Of a DNA stretch of 64,000 nt, positions 51,525-59,704 are shown in pieces. Source of the stretch: Deltaproteobacteria bacterium. Lineage in GTDB: Bacteria > Desulfobacterota > Binatia > UBA1149 > CAITLU01. The notes beneath the pieces are model-generated. The model was not told where the DNA came from, did no database searches, and saw only the letters and a program-made list of their open reading frames with translations. The stretch's first letter is position 1. Every line of letters starts with the position of its first letter. Position numbers and translations under genes: made by a program. The DNA lies in contig JACRCR010000141.1 in the NCBI GenBank assembly GCA_016218925.1, positions 23,760-87,759 on the forward strand, in the 5' to 3' direction.

Positions 51525-52603
51525 CGTCGCTCAAGCGCCAGTTCGAGGAGCTTTTCCACCAACGCCGGCAGCGGCAGCCCGGCTGCGCCCCACAGCCGCG
51601 GGTACATGCTGATCTGCGTGAAGCCGGGGATGGTATTGATCTCGTTCAGGAGGACGGTGTCGCTGCCTCGCTCCAGGAAGAAGTCGATGCGGGCCATGCC
51701 GCGCCCGCCGATCAGTTCCCATGCGGCGGCGGCGACCTCGTGGATTCTTGCCAGCGCGGCCGGCGGCACTTCGGTGGGTGCACGCAGCCCGGCGCTGGCA
51801 TCTACGTACTTGCTCTCGAAGTCGTAGAAGCCGTCGGCGGGCAGGATCTCCCCAACCGGGGAGAGTTCCACCGGCCTGCTCCCGAGCACCGCTATTTCTA
51901 TCTCCCGCGCGTTGACGGCCCTCTCTACCAGCACCCGTTCGTCGTGCCGGCGCGCCTCGGCAAGGGCCGCGGCCAGTTCGCCGCGATCCTTCACGCGCGA
52001 CACGCCCACCGAGGAGCCGAGGTTGGCCGGTTTGACGTAGCACGGGTAGCCGAACGCCGCCTCGATGCTGGAATGGACCTCTGCCGCGCCGGCGTCCCTG
52101 GCCCACAGGAATTCGCACTGCGGCAGGCCCGCGCCGGCGCAGAGCGTCTTCATGGCGAGCTTGTCCATCGCCAGCGCGCTCGCGGTGGTCCCGGCGCCGA
52201 CGTACGGCACTCGCACGGATTCGAGAAGGCCCTGGACGGTCCCGTCTTCGCCGTTGGGACCGTGCAACATCGGGAATACCACGTCGATCGGGTCGGCGGT
52301 CGGTTCCAGTGGCGGACCGTCGATCGCCAGCAGGCGGGTGGCGCGGCCATCCCAGCCGAGAGTGACGGGTCTGAGTCCGGAGGCGTCCAGATCCACGATC
52401 GCGGTGCGGGCCTTCTCCAGTTGGGGGCCGAGGTCACCGTGCACCCACAGGCCCTGCCTGGTTATGCCTACAAGAGTGACCCGATGCGGCGTGTCGGCCA
52501 GCGCCGAGAGCACGGTGGCACCTGAGCGAAGCGAGATCGGGTGCTCCGCGGAGCGGCCACCGACAATGACCAATACATGCAAAGGATGCCCTGCTCCGCT
52601 CAC
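51521..52603 (-). CDS. ddl: D-alanine--D-alanine ligase
   Basis: ATP-grasp Ddl motifs (VLVIVGGRSAEHPISLRSG; GSSVGVSRV; EINTIPGFTQIS). GTG start at 52603 proposed because GGAGGTGAGG lies 5 nt upstream; the listed ORF extends to 52672. Confidence 0.88.
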   Translation of the reverse strand: MSGAGHPLHVLVIVGGRSAEHPISLRSGATVLSALADTPHRVTLVGITRQGLWVHGDLGPQLEKARTAIVDLDASGLRPVTLGWDGRATRLLAIDGPPLEPTADPIDVVFPMLHGPNGEDGTVQGLLESVRVPYVGAGTTASALAMDKLAMKTLCAGAGLPQCEFLWARDAGAAEVHSSIEAAFGYPCYVKPANLGSSVGVSRVKDRGELAAALAEARRHDERVLVERAVNAREIEIAVLGSRPVELSPVGEILPADGFYDFESKYVDASAGLRAPTEVPPAALARIHEVAAAAWELIGGRGMARIDFFLERGSDTVLLNEINTIPGFTQISMYPRLWGAAGLPLPALVEKLLELALERR

Positions 52604-52850
52604 TACCTCACCTCCACCCGACGCGCAGCCTGCGGCTCGCCGCCGCGCATTCCGGCTCTTTAGCACCCGCACCAGAGCAGCCCAACGCGGGGACCTTGCA
52701 TACCCATTGCGGGGCTGTGCGTGTAGCCGCCCTTATTCCTGCGGCAAGCGCTCTTTTCGTTTGGCTGATCGGCCTTGCCTCGCTATAAGAAACCGACGAA
52801 CAACCTCTGAACAAGTTAACCAGCGGTAATGAACCACCGGGACCGAAGCC

Positions 52851-53753
52851 ATGCACGTGGAAACCCTAAAGATCTTTTGCGACGTCGTCGAGAACCAGAG
52901 TTTTTCGCTCGCCGCCTCGCAGAACTTCATCACTCAGTCGGCCGTCAGCCAGCAGGTGCGCGGTTTGGAAGAGCGTTACGGCAAGCGATTGTTGGAGCGC
53001 AAACGGGGAAGCGTCCGTCCCACCGCGGCGGGCGAGATTCTCCATCGCGCGGCGCGCGAGATTCTCCACGTCTACGGCGAGATGGAATCTCAGCTGCAAG
53101 GTCTGAGCAACGTCGTCACCGGCAGTATTCGCGTCGGTACCGTACACAGTATCGGCCTCTACGATCTGTCCGACCCTCTCAAGCACTACTTCGCCGATTT
53201 TCCCAACGTCAACGTCTATCTCGAGTACGACCGCGCCAGTCACGTCTACGAGCAGGTGCTGCGCGGCAACGTCGATCTCGGTATCGTCGCCTACCCGACC
53301 GCGCGCGCGCAGATAACCGTGCTCGACTTCAGAACCGATCGACTCGTGGTGGTCTGTTCTCCGTCGCACGCACTGGCCGGCAAACCGAGGACCTCGGTGG
53401 CAGATCTGGACGGCGAGAAAGTCGTCGGCTTCGAAAAGGGGATTCCGACCAGGCTCGCGCTCGACCGCCTGTTCAGCGAGAAACAGGTTGCCGTGCAGTA
53501 CGTCGCCGAACTCGACAACATCGAAATGGTCAAGCGACTGGTCGAAGTCGGGGCCGGAGTAGCCATCATTCCCGAGAAGGCCTGTGCGCACGAGGTGCAG
53601 GCCGGCACGCTGATGAAGATCGAACTCGCCGACCGCGGGATCACGCGCCCGATCGGGATCATCTATCGTACCGGCCGTCACTTCAGTCCGGCCGCCGAGA
53701 AGTTCATCGAGTACCTGCAAGCCGACAGCAAGCGCGAAGCCGCCGCATCGTAG
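52851..53753 (+). CDS. LysR-family transcriptional regulator
   Basis: N-terminal HTH LKIFCDVVENQSFSLAASQNFITQSAVSQQVRGLEERYG typical of LysR. 300 aa. Divergent from ddl. Confidence 0.9.
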   Translation: MHVETLKIFCDVVENQSFSLAASQNFITQSAVSQQVRGLEERYGKRLLERKRGSVRPTAAGEILHRAAREILHVYGEMESQLQGLSNVVTGSIRVGTVHSIGLYDLSDPLKHYFADFPNVNVYLEYDRASHVYEQVLRGNVDLGIVAYPTARAQITVLDFRTDRLVVVCSPSHALAGKPRTSVADLDGEKVVGFEKGIPTRLALDRLFSEKQVAVQYVAELDNIEMVKRLVEVGAGVAIIPEKACAHEVQAGTLMKIELADRGITRPIGIIYRTGRHFSPAAEKFIEYLQADSKREAAAS

Positions 53754-53756
53754 AGC

Positions 53757-54740
53757 TCACAGTTCACGCAGCGCCGGGACTACTTCGCGCGCAAACAGTT
53801 CGAGACTCTCGGGCATCGCCAGGTCTCCGAACAAGATCGCAAAATCGCTGACGCCGCAGTCTATCTTGGCCTTCATCGCCGCGATCACGCGCTCGGGCGT
53901 TCCGGCTACCGCTACTTTGTCGATCTCCGCGAAGTGACCGAGCAGCGCCTTGGCCATCGACAGCTTCGCCTCGAACGCCTCTTCGTCGGCGCCCAGTACC
54001 ATCATGGTTTGTTCGCTGACGACGATATCGCCCGGGTCGCGGCCGATGCGTGCACAGTGCGAGGCCAGAACGCCTTGCAGCCTCTCGATCTCGTGCGCCG
54101 AGTTCATCGGACAGTTCCAGCGATGCGCGAAGCGTGCCACCAGTTCGAGCAGGATCTTCTCGCCGGCGCCGCCGATGGTGATCGGCACCGGGGCCTGCAC
54201 GGGCTTGGGCTGATTGGGAGCTTCTTCGACCCGGTAGAACCTTCCTTTGTAGGTGGCCCTGGAGTCGCGCAGCATGCGAGTGACGATTTCGAGCCCTTCT
54301 TCGAGCTGGGCCAGGCGCGTGCGCATGGGCGAGAACTCGTAGCCGTAGGCCTGGTACTCTTCCTCCATCCAGCCCGCTCCCATGCCGAGTTCGATACGAC
54401 CGCCGCTGATCTGGTCCACGGTCGCGACCATCTTGGCGAGCAGGGCCGGGTTTCGATAGGAGTTGCACGTTACCATCAATCCGAGGCGCAGCCGGGTCGT
54501 CACCGCGGCCAGGCCCGACAGGGCCGTCCAGCCTTCCAGAAAATCGAGATCGGGAACGGCGCCAGCCCAGAAGTGATCGACCAGCCACAGGCCATCAAAG
54601 CCCAGTTCCTCGACCAGCCGAGCCTTTTCGCGCAGCGCTTCCCAGCTCAGCCCCGCCTGGGGCAGGAATACGGCGAAGGTCGGAGCCGGGCGAGAACGCG
54701 GTGAGGAAAGCGACGACGTGGACATAAATGTCTCCTGCAA
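53757..54740 (-). CDS. Luciferase-like monooxygenase (LLM) family oxidoreductase
   Basis: TIM-barrel LLM features: FAVFLP...GFDGLWLVDHF..., ~327 aa. Cofactor (FMN or F420) not decidable from sequence. Confidence 0.8.
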   Translation of the reverse strand: MQETFMSTSSLSSPRSRPAPTFAVFLPQAGLSWEALREKARLVEELGFDGLWLVDHFWAGAVPDLDFLEGWTALSGLAAVTTRLRLGLMVTCNSYRNPALLAKMVATVDQISGGRIELGMGAGWMEEEYQAYGYEFSPMRTRLAQLEEGLEIVTRMLRDSRATYKGRFYRVEEAPNQPKPVQAPVPITIGGAGEKILLELVARFAHRWNCPMNSAHEIERLQGVLASHCARIGRDPGDIVVSEQTMMVLGADEEAFEAKLSMAKALLGHFAEIDKVAVAGTPERVIAAMKAKIDCGVSDFAILFGDLAMPESLELFAREVVPALREL

Positions 54741-54896
54741 GAGGCGGCGATGCTAACGATGGGCCGACGTTTCGGCCAACGCGGCGTATTGCGCCCGGCC
54801 TGGGCCAGGCTCTATCCTGGCCCGGCTGGGTTGCGGCGCGCCCACCCGGAGTTCTTCGGAGCCCGCCCGAGACCGCGCCGCCAGCAGGTACTCGAG

Positions 54897-55721
54897 ATGG
54901 CCGCGCGTGATCCAAAGAAGGGCGGCGAAGTGCCGCCGCGTGACAGTGGCGCCGGCCCGGGATTCAACGCGCCTTTCCGCGAACTCGGGACATCGCTGCG
55001 CAAACGCCTGCCGGCGAGACCCGTCTCTCCGGCGCACTCCGCACCCGACCGTCGCGTCGTCGCTTCCGCTTCATCGACCGCGGTTGCGGAAGCGGCGAAT
55101 GTCGCCGGCGTGGCCGCTGCGCCGACGCCGCCCGCGCCCGCGCCGATCAGTGAGGCCGAGGCTTTCGCCGAGGCCACGCGGGGTGTTTCGCGCATCCGCT
55201 CCGAGCCGCGTGTGCGTTCCAAGGAACCGCCCGACTTCGGCCGCATCGCCGCCGGCAGGCGCGAAGATCTGGCGGACCTGGCCGGCGCCGTCGGCTTCGA
55301 CGTCGCGTTTCACGATCACTACGTGCGCGGTCGTGCCGACGGCGTCAGTCGCGAGACGCTTTCGAATCTGGAGAAGGGCGGCTTCGCGGTCGCCGCTCAC
55401 CTGGATCTGCACGGAATGGTGCTCGAAGATGCCCAGGCGGCGGTTGATGAGTTCCTGAAAGAGCAACAACGCCGCGGTCATCGCTGTGTTCTGCTCGTCA
55501 CCGGCAAGGGCAGGAACTCTCCGGGGCAGCAAGGCGTGCTCAGGGAGAAAGTGCCGGAGTGGCTGGCGCGAGGTCCGAGCGCACGTCGAGTGCTCGCTTT
55601 CGTCAGCGCCCGACCCTGTGATGGAGGCGTCGGTGCGTTGTACGTATTGATGCGCAGCACCAGTTCGCGTAAAAATCGTATCGACGTCGAGTTCGGCGGT
55701 GTAGGCAGTTTGGAACCCTGA
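54897..55721 (+). CDS. Smr-domain protein
   Basis: C-terminal Smr domain (LDLHGMVLEDAQAAVDEFLKEQQRRGHRCVLLVTGKG). Start placed at the internal Met (MAARDP) because the listed start lies only 10 bp from the divergent LLM gene. Confidence 0.65.
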   Translation: MAARDPKKGGEVPPRDSGAGPGFNAPFRELGTSLRKRLPARPVSPAHSAPDRRVVASASSTAVAEAANVAGVAAAPTPPAPAPISEAEAFAEATRGVSRIRSEPRVRSKEPPDFGRIAAGRREDLADLAGAVGFDVAFHDHYVRGRADGVSRETLSNLEKGGFAVAAHLDLHGMVLEDAQAAVDEFLKEQQRRGHRCVLLVTGKGRNSPGQQGVLREKVPEWLARGPSARRVLAFVSARPCDGGVGALYVLMRSTSSRKNRIDVEFGGVGSLEP

Positions 55722-55779
55722 CTCGCGTCCGTGAGTCGGGCGCCTTCGCAGACCGGCGACCTCTCTTGTTTCTTCCTGT

Positions 55780-57048
55780 GTGGTCCTCCGTCGTAGGGCG
55801 GGTGTGGAGGTGGTGGTGGTCAGAGCGGAGGAGGCGTGCCGCCTGCTCTACGTGGGAGACGACGGCGACGTCTACCAGAAGAGCGGCGGCGGAAAGACTC
55901 TCAAGTTGACATGGGGTTGGAGCGACATGGCCAACCCGGAGCGGCTCTACTACGTGTGGCCGGCGTATTCGCCGGACGGTTCCCAGATCGCGTGTTTCGG
56001 CGTTCGCTCGGGCTCGGTGCCCGAGGCGAGTTTGTTTACCGTCGCCAACGACGGCATCCGCATGCACGAACTCTGGCGCATGACCGAGGCCGCCGCTCCG
56101 GTGTGCGAGAGCTGGTCGCCCGACTCGCGCAGCATCGCACTGCTGCTCCAAGGCGAGAATGAACTCCAACTGGAGATTGCGCAGGTACATCGTCCTGGAC
56201 GAACGATCGCGATCGACCGCGGAGCGCCGCTGTTCTGGTCGTGGTCGCCGCGCGCCGGGTACCTCGCCGTGCACACCGGAGGAAGTGCGACCCTCTACGA
56301 CGATGCCAGGCTCTCGATCTTTCACGTCGACGACGAGTGCACCAAGATCGTCGAACTGTCGCCGGGCGAGTTTCGTACGCCGACCTGGTCTCCCGATGGA
56401 AGCCGCCTCGCTTACATTGACGCGAGCGACGGCGGGCGCGAATTCCTGGCATTCTACCGCATGCAGGACGGCACCATCGACGTCATCCACCAGGTGCATG
56501 GACAGACCGTGATGTTGTGGTCTCCCGACGGCCGTACTCTGGCGGTCTCACAGGCTCTCGGCGATTCGCCTCACGTCTATTCGGGCCTCACTCTGGTCGA
56601 CGTCGAACGCGGCACCGTGCGAGTGATCGACGAGAGCGAACTGGTGAGTTTCTTCTGGTCGCCGTGTTCGCAACGCATCGTGACGATGTCGTTCGAAGCC
56701 CGCGCCGGCATGCAGTGGCACGTGCTCGACACCGGCGGCATCAAGCGCCGCCTCGGATCGAACTTCTATCCGAGCCGCGAGCTGGTCTACTTCTCGTGGT
56801 TCTTCGACCAGTTTGCCGCATCGCACCCGCTGATTTCGCCGGACGGCTCGCGGCTGGCCTTCGCCGGTCACATGAACGACCGGGGACCGACGCCGGAGCG
56901 AGCGCTCCGGGCCGACCGTGGCCCGTTGCCCCAGCGCGGCGAGAGCAACGTCTACGTGGCCTCGCTCGACGAGGACCGTCCCGTCGAGCGGCTGGCCGCG
57001 GGCCACTTCGCGTGCTGGGACGCGCAAGTAAGGGCGCACGCGGCTTGA
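55780..57048 (+). CDS. TolB-like WD40/PD40 beta-propeller repeat protein, apparently cytoplasmic (no signal peptide)
   Basis: Repeated SPDGS-type blades (YSPDGSQIA; WSPDSRSIA; WSPDGSRLAY; WSPDGRTLA; ISPDGSRLAF). No N-terminal signal sequence. Start uncertain. Confidence 0.65.
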   Translation: MVLRRRAGVEVVVVRAEEACRLLYVGDDGDVYQKSGGGKTLKLTWGWSDMANPERLYYVWPAYSPDGSQIACFGVRSGSVPEASLFTVANDGIRMHELWRMTEAAAPVCESWSPDSRSIALLLQGENELQLEIAQVHRPGRTIAIDRGAPLFWSWSPRAGYLAVHTGGSATLYDDARLSIFHVDDECTKIVELSPGEFRTPTWSPDGSRLAYIDASDGGREFLAFYRMQDGTIDVIHQVHGQTVMLWSPDGRTLAVSQALGDSPHVYSGLTLVDVERGTVRVIDESELVSFFWSPCSQRIVTMSFEARAGMQWHVLDTGGIKRRLGSNFYPSRELVYFSWFFDQFAASHPLISPDGSRLAFAGHMNDRGPTPERALRADRGPLPQRGESNVYVASLDEDRPVERLAAGHFACWDAQVRAHAA

Positions 57049-57659
57049 GCACCGGGGCCGGCAGGGTTTTCGCCCACCTGCTGAGCCTTACGCGCCCTGT
57101 CCTGGGGGCGGCCATTGCGGTGGTCCTGGATGGCGACTCGCGCAACTCGGCGCTGGTTCTGCCTGCCGCGCTGGCGGCCTGCGCCAGCGACTACTTCGAC
57201 GGACCTCTAGCGCGTCGTAGCGGCGCAGACACTGAGGCCGGCCGTCTGGTCGACGGTCTTTGTGACGCCGGTTTCTTGGCGCTGGCGCTCGCCGGCATGG
57301 CCAGGGCGCACGTATGGAGCGGCGCCGGCGCGACTGTCCAGGCGCCCGGCTGGAGCGGTCTCGACCTGCTCCCGCTCGCGGCGCTCGCGATGTCATTCGG
57401 CATCTATCTGGTCAGGATGTCGGTGCAGCGACGACGCGGAGAAGTGCCTGCCCGCTCGGCGCGTGGCCATCGCGCCGGGATCGCAAACTACGGACTGGTG
57501 CTGATAGGCGCCGCCGAGGTCTGGCCGGCTCTGACTCTGCCGCGCGTGTTGCTCGAGGTCTGTTGCGTAGCGGTAGCGCTGCTCAACTTCGCAGCCGTCG
57601 GTGAGAACCTGGCACTGTTGTTCCCACGCTCGGCGCCCCGCCCTACAATGCGCCCATGA
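57045..57659 (+). CDS. CDP-alcohol phosphatidyltransferase family protein (PgsA-like)
   Basis: Exact family signature DYFDGPLARRSGADTEAGRLVDGLCD (DxxDGxxARx8GxxxDxxxD), followed by hydrophobic TM segments. TTG start proposed at 57045, overlapping the upstream stop. The listed extension back to 56517 overlaps the TolB-like gene and is rejected. Confidence 0.72.
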   Translation: MSTGAGRVFAHLLSLTRPVLGAAIAVVLDGDSRNSALVLPAALAACASDYFDGPLARRSGADTEAGRLVDGLCDAGFLALALAGMARAHVWSGAGATVQAPGWSGLDLLPLAALAMSFGIYLVRMSVQRRRGEVPARSARGHRAGIANYGLVLIGAAEVWPALTLPRVLLEVCCVAVALLNFAAVGENLALLFPRSAPRPTMRP

Positions 57660-58546
57660 ACATCCGCCCGCCCCGCTTGGATCGCCGTCGTGCGCTGCTT
57701 CTCGCCGCGGTTCTGGCCGGCTGCACACCGGTCTCGAATTCCTACGACGTGCACAGCGCCGACCTCTCCTGCGAAGAGGCCAACCGCATGGTGTACGCGG
57801 CCGTGATCGACATGAACATGAAGGTTACCGCCTTCACCCAGGCCCAGCCGGGGCGGCCCGGCTTTCTGCGAGCGACAGGATCGGATCGCAGCGGCACCGT
57901 CTCGATTACCTGCGATCCCGGCGGCGTGGTGATCGATCCGAGGCAAACCAGCATGGGAGACCGGATCTTCGAGCGCGGAATCCTGCTGTCGGTCACCGGT
58001 CGCGCCGGACTGTCCGTCGCTCATGGCAACGTGACCGGACGAATCCGTCCGGTCAGTGCCGAAGAGGGGGCGACTTCGGGTGAAGACGGCCACGGCGTGA
58101 GCCCCTCGGGCGGCGTCGGTCTCGAGATCGAACCCCAGCACGGCTTTTCGACGGTGCTCGATTTCGACGCCGATGTTGCCGCCGCCGGCGTGCTACCGAT
58201 CAAGGTGACGATCCGCAATGGAACCAACCGTTCCTACCAGTTCTCGCCCGCCGATCTGGTGGTGCGGGTGCGCGGCTCGCGTGCCTCGGCCGAGCCGTTG
58301 ACGCCTGCCGACGCAGCCGCCAGGCTGGTGGCACGGGCGGGCTCCGAAAGCGCGCAGACCCAGATCGGCAACGTAGCGTCGGCGAGAAAGGTCATCGTCG
58401 ACAGGGCTCTCAAAGGCGGCAAGCTCACGCCCGGAGCGAGCGCGAGCGGCTACGTGTACTACCCGGTGGGAGACTACGACCGCGCCAAGCTGACGATGAC
58501 CGACGTTTCGACCGGTGAGGCCGAGGGCTTTCTGGTTGAGTTTTGA
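57656..58546 (+). CDS. Putative lipoprotein, function unknown
   Basis: Lipobox LLAAVLAGC-TPVS. ATG overlaps the upstream stop (ATGA). 296 aa. No family recognised. Confidence 0.45.
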   Translation: MNIRPPRLDRRRALLLAAVLAGCTPVSNSYDVHSADLSCEEANRMVYAAVIDMNMKVTAFTQAQPGRPGFLRATGSDRSGTVSITCDPGGVVIDPRQTSMGDRIFERGILLSVTGRAGLSVAHGNVTGRIRPVSAEEGATSGEDGHGVSPSGGVGLEIEPQHGFSTVLDFDADVAAAGVLPIKVTIRNGTNRSYQFSPADLVVRVRGSRASAEPLTPADAAARLVARAGSESAQTQIGNVASARKVIVDRALKGGKLTPGASASGYVYYPVGDYDRAKLTMTDVSTGEAEGFLVEF

Positions 58547-58621
58547 TCGCGCCGGCTTGGCCGTGGCGGCTCGCTTCGCAGCCCTCTTTGTGTTTCACTT
58601 TCGCGCCGCCAGGGGGTTACC

Positions 58622-59668
58622 GTGGCCACCGTCATCACAGAGGAATGCATCAATTGCGGCGCTTGCGAGCCGGAGTGCCCCAACACCGCGATCTATGCAT
58701 CCGGCATTGCCTACGAGCTGGTCGGCGCGACGCTCAAAGCGCTCTCCGACGATTTTTTCTACATAGTTCCGGACAAGTGCACCGAGTGCGTCGGGTTCGT
58801 CGATCACGAGGCCTGCGCGGCCGTGTGTCCGGTGGATTGCTGCATTCCGGATCCGAAATGTCCGGAGAACGAAGACGTGCTGCTGGCCAGGGCGCGCAAG
58901 CTTCATCCTGACAGAGCCTTCGAAGAACCGCCGCCGTCTCGCTTTCGCAAGTCCAGGCCAACCAGCGCAGCGGCAGTGACCGCCAGCCTGGCTCCCAAAG
59001 CGCCGGTGGCGCCCGAGTCGCCGCCTGCTCCCCCGATCAAGACTCCGACCCCCGATATAGTCGCAGCACCCACGCCGCCGACGCCCGCCACGGCCGCCGC
59101 GGTTCCGGTGCAGGCGGCCGCAGTTGCCACGAAGCCGCAGCCCACCGCGCCGGTCGCCGCCGAGGCCGCGCCGAGCTCGGCGACTGCGGCCGTGCCTGGG
59201 GCCGCCGCCGCCGTTGCACCAAAGCCCGCCGCCGTTTCTGCCGCTCCGGCGGCCGCCGCCGCCGCCGCGCCGAAAGTCGCGCCCGCGCCGCCCGCTACGC
59301 CGGCGCGACCCGCGCCGGTTCGCGCCGCCGACCCGGTCGGCGATTTCGAGGTTCCGGTACTGTGCCGCAACTGTCAGGTCGACTACCCGGTTCGGTTCGG
59401 TCTGCTGTCGCCCGGGGCCAATCTTCGCTGCCCGCACTGCCGCGCCTCTCATAGTCCCACCCAGGAGCATTTCCTGCTGGTCGGGAGTCGCCTGCGCCGT
59501 TACGTCGCGGATCTCGACGCAGCACGCTCCCGCGCTGCCGGCGGGCGCGGCGGGGCGAAGGTCGACGCCGCTGGGGTCCAGTTGCGCCAGGCGCTCGACC
59601 GCGATCTGCGCGCCATCAGTGCCAGGCTGTTGTCACGCCCGAAGAGTTCCCGGCTCGGGTTGTCCTGA
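58622..59668 (+). CDS. Ferredoxin (2 x Cys-cluster, Azotobacter 7Fe-type) fused to Ala/Pro-rich linker and C-terminal zinc-ribbon
   Basis: N-terminus CINCGACEPECP ... CTECVGFVDHEACAAVCPVDCC. ~180 aa of A/P-rich low complexity. C-terminal CRNCQVDYPVRFGLLSPGANLRCPHC. Confidence 0.78.
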   Translation: MATVITEECINCGACEPECPNTAIYASGIAYELVGATLKALSDDFFYIVPDKCTECVGFVDHEACAAVCPVDCCIPDPKCPENEDVLLARARKLHPDRAFEEPPPSRFRKSRPTSAAAVTASLAPKAPVAPESPPAPPIKTPTPDIVAAPTPPTPATAAAVPVQAAAVATKPQPTAPVAAEAAPSSATAAVPGAAAAVAPKPAAVSAAPAAAAAAAPKVAPAPPATPARPAPVRAADPVGDFEVPVLCRNCQVDYPVRFGLLSPGANLRCPHCRASHSPTQEHFLLVGSRLRRYVADLDAARSRAAGGRGGAKVDAAGVQLRQALDRDLRAISARLLSRPKSSRLGLS

Positions 59669-59704
59669 GCGATCCAGGACGAACGACTGCCGGAGCCAGG
59701 CCGC

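Noticed and set aside
54741-54896. CCAGG/CCTGG inverted repeats in the LLM-Smr divergent spacer
   Set aside because: Short GC-rich palindromes are expected by chance at this GC content. No supporting context.
56517-57044. N-terminal 176 codons of the listed CDP-alcohol phosphatidyltransferase ORF
   Set aside because: Overlaps the TolB-like gene in another frame. It is Arg/Gly-rich, and the family signature and TM segments begin only after 57045.
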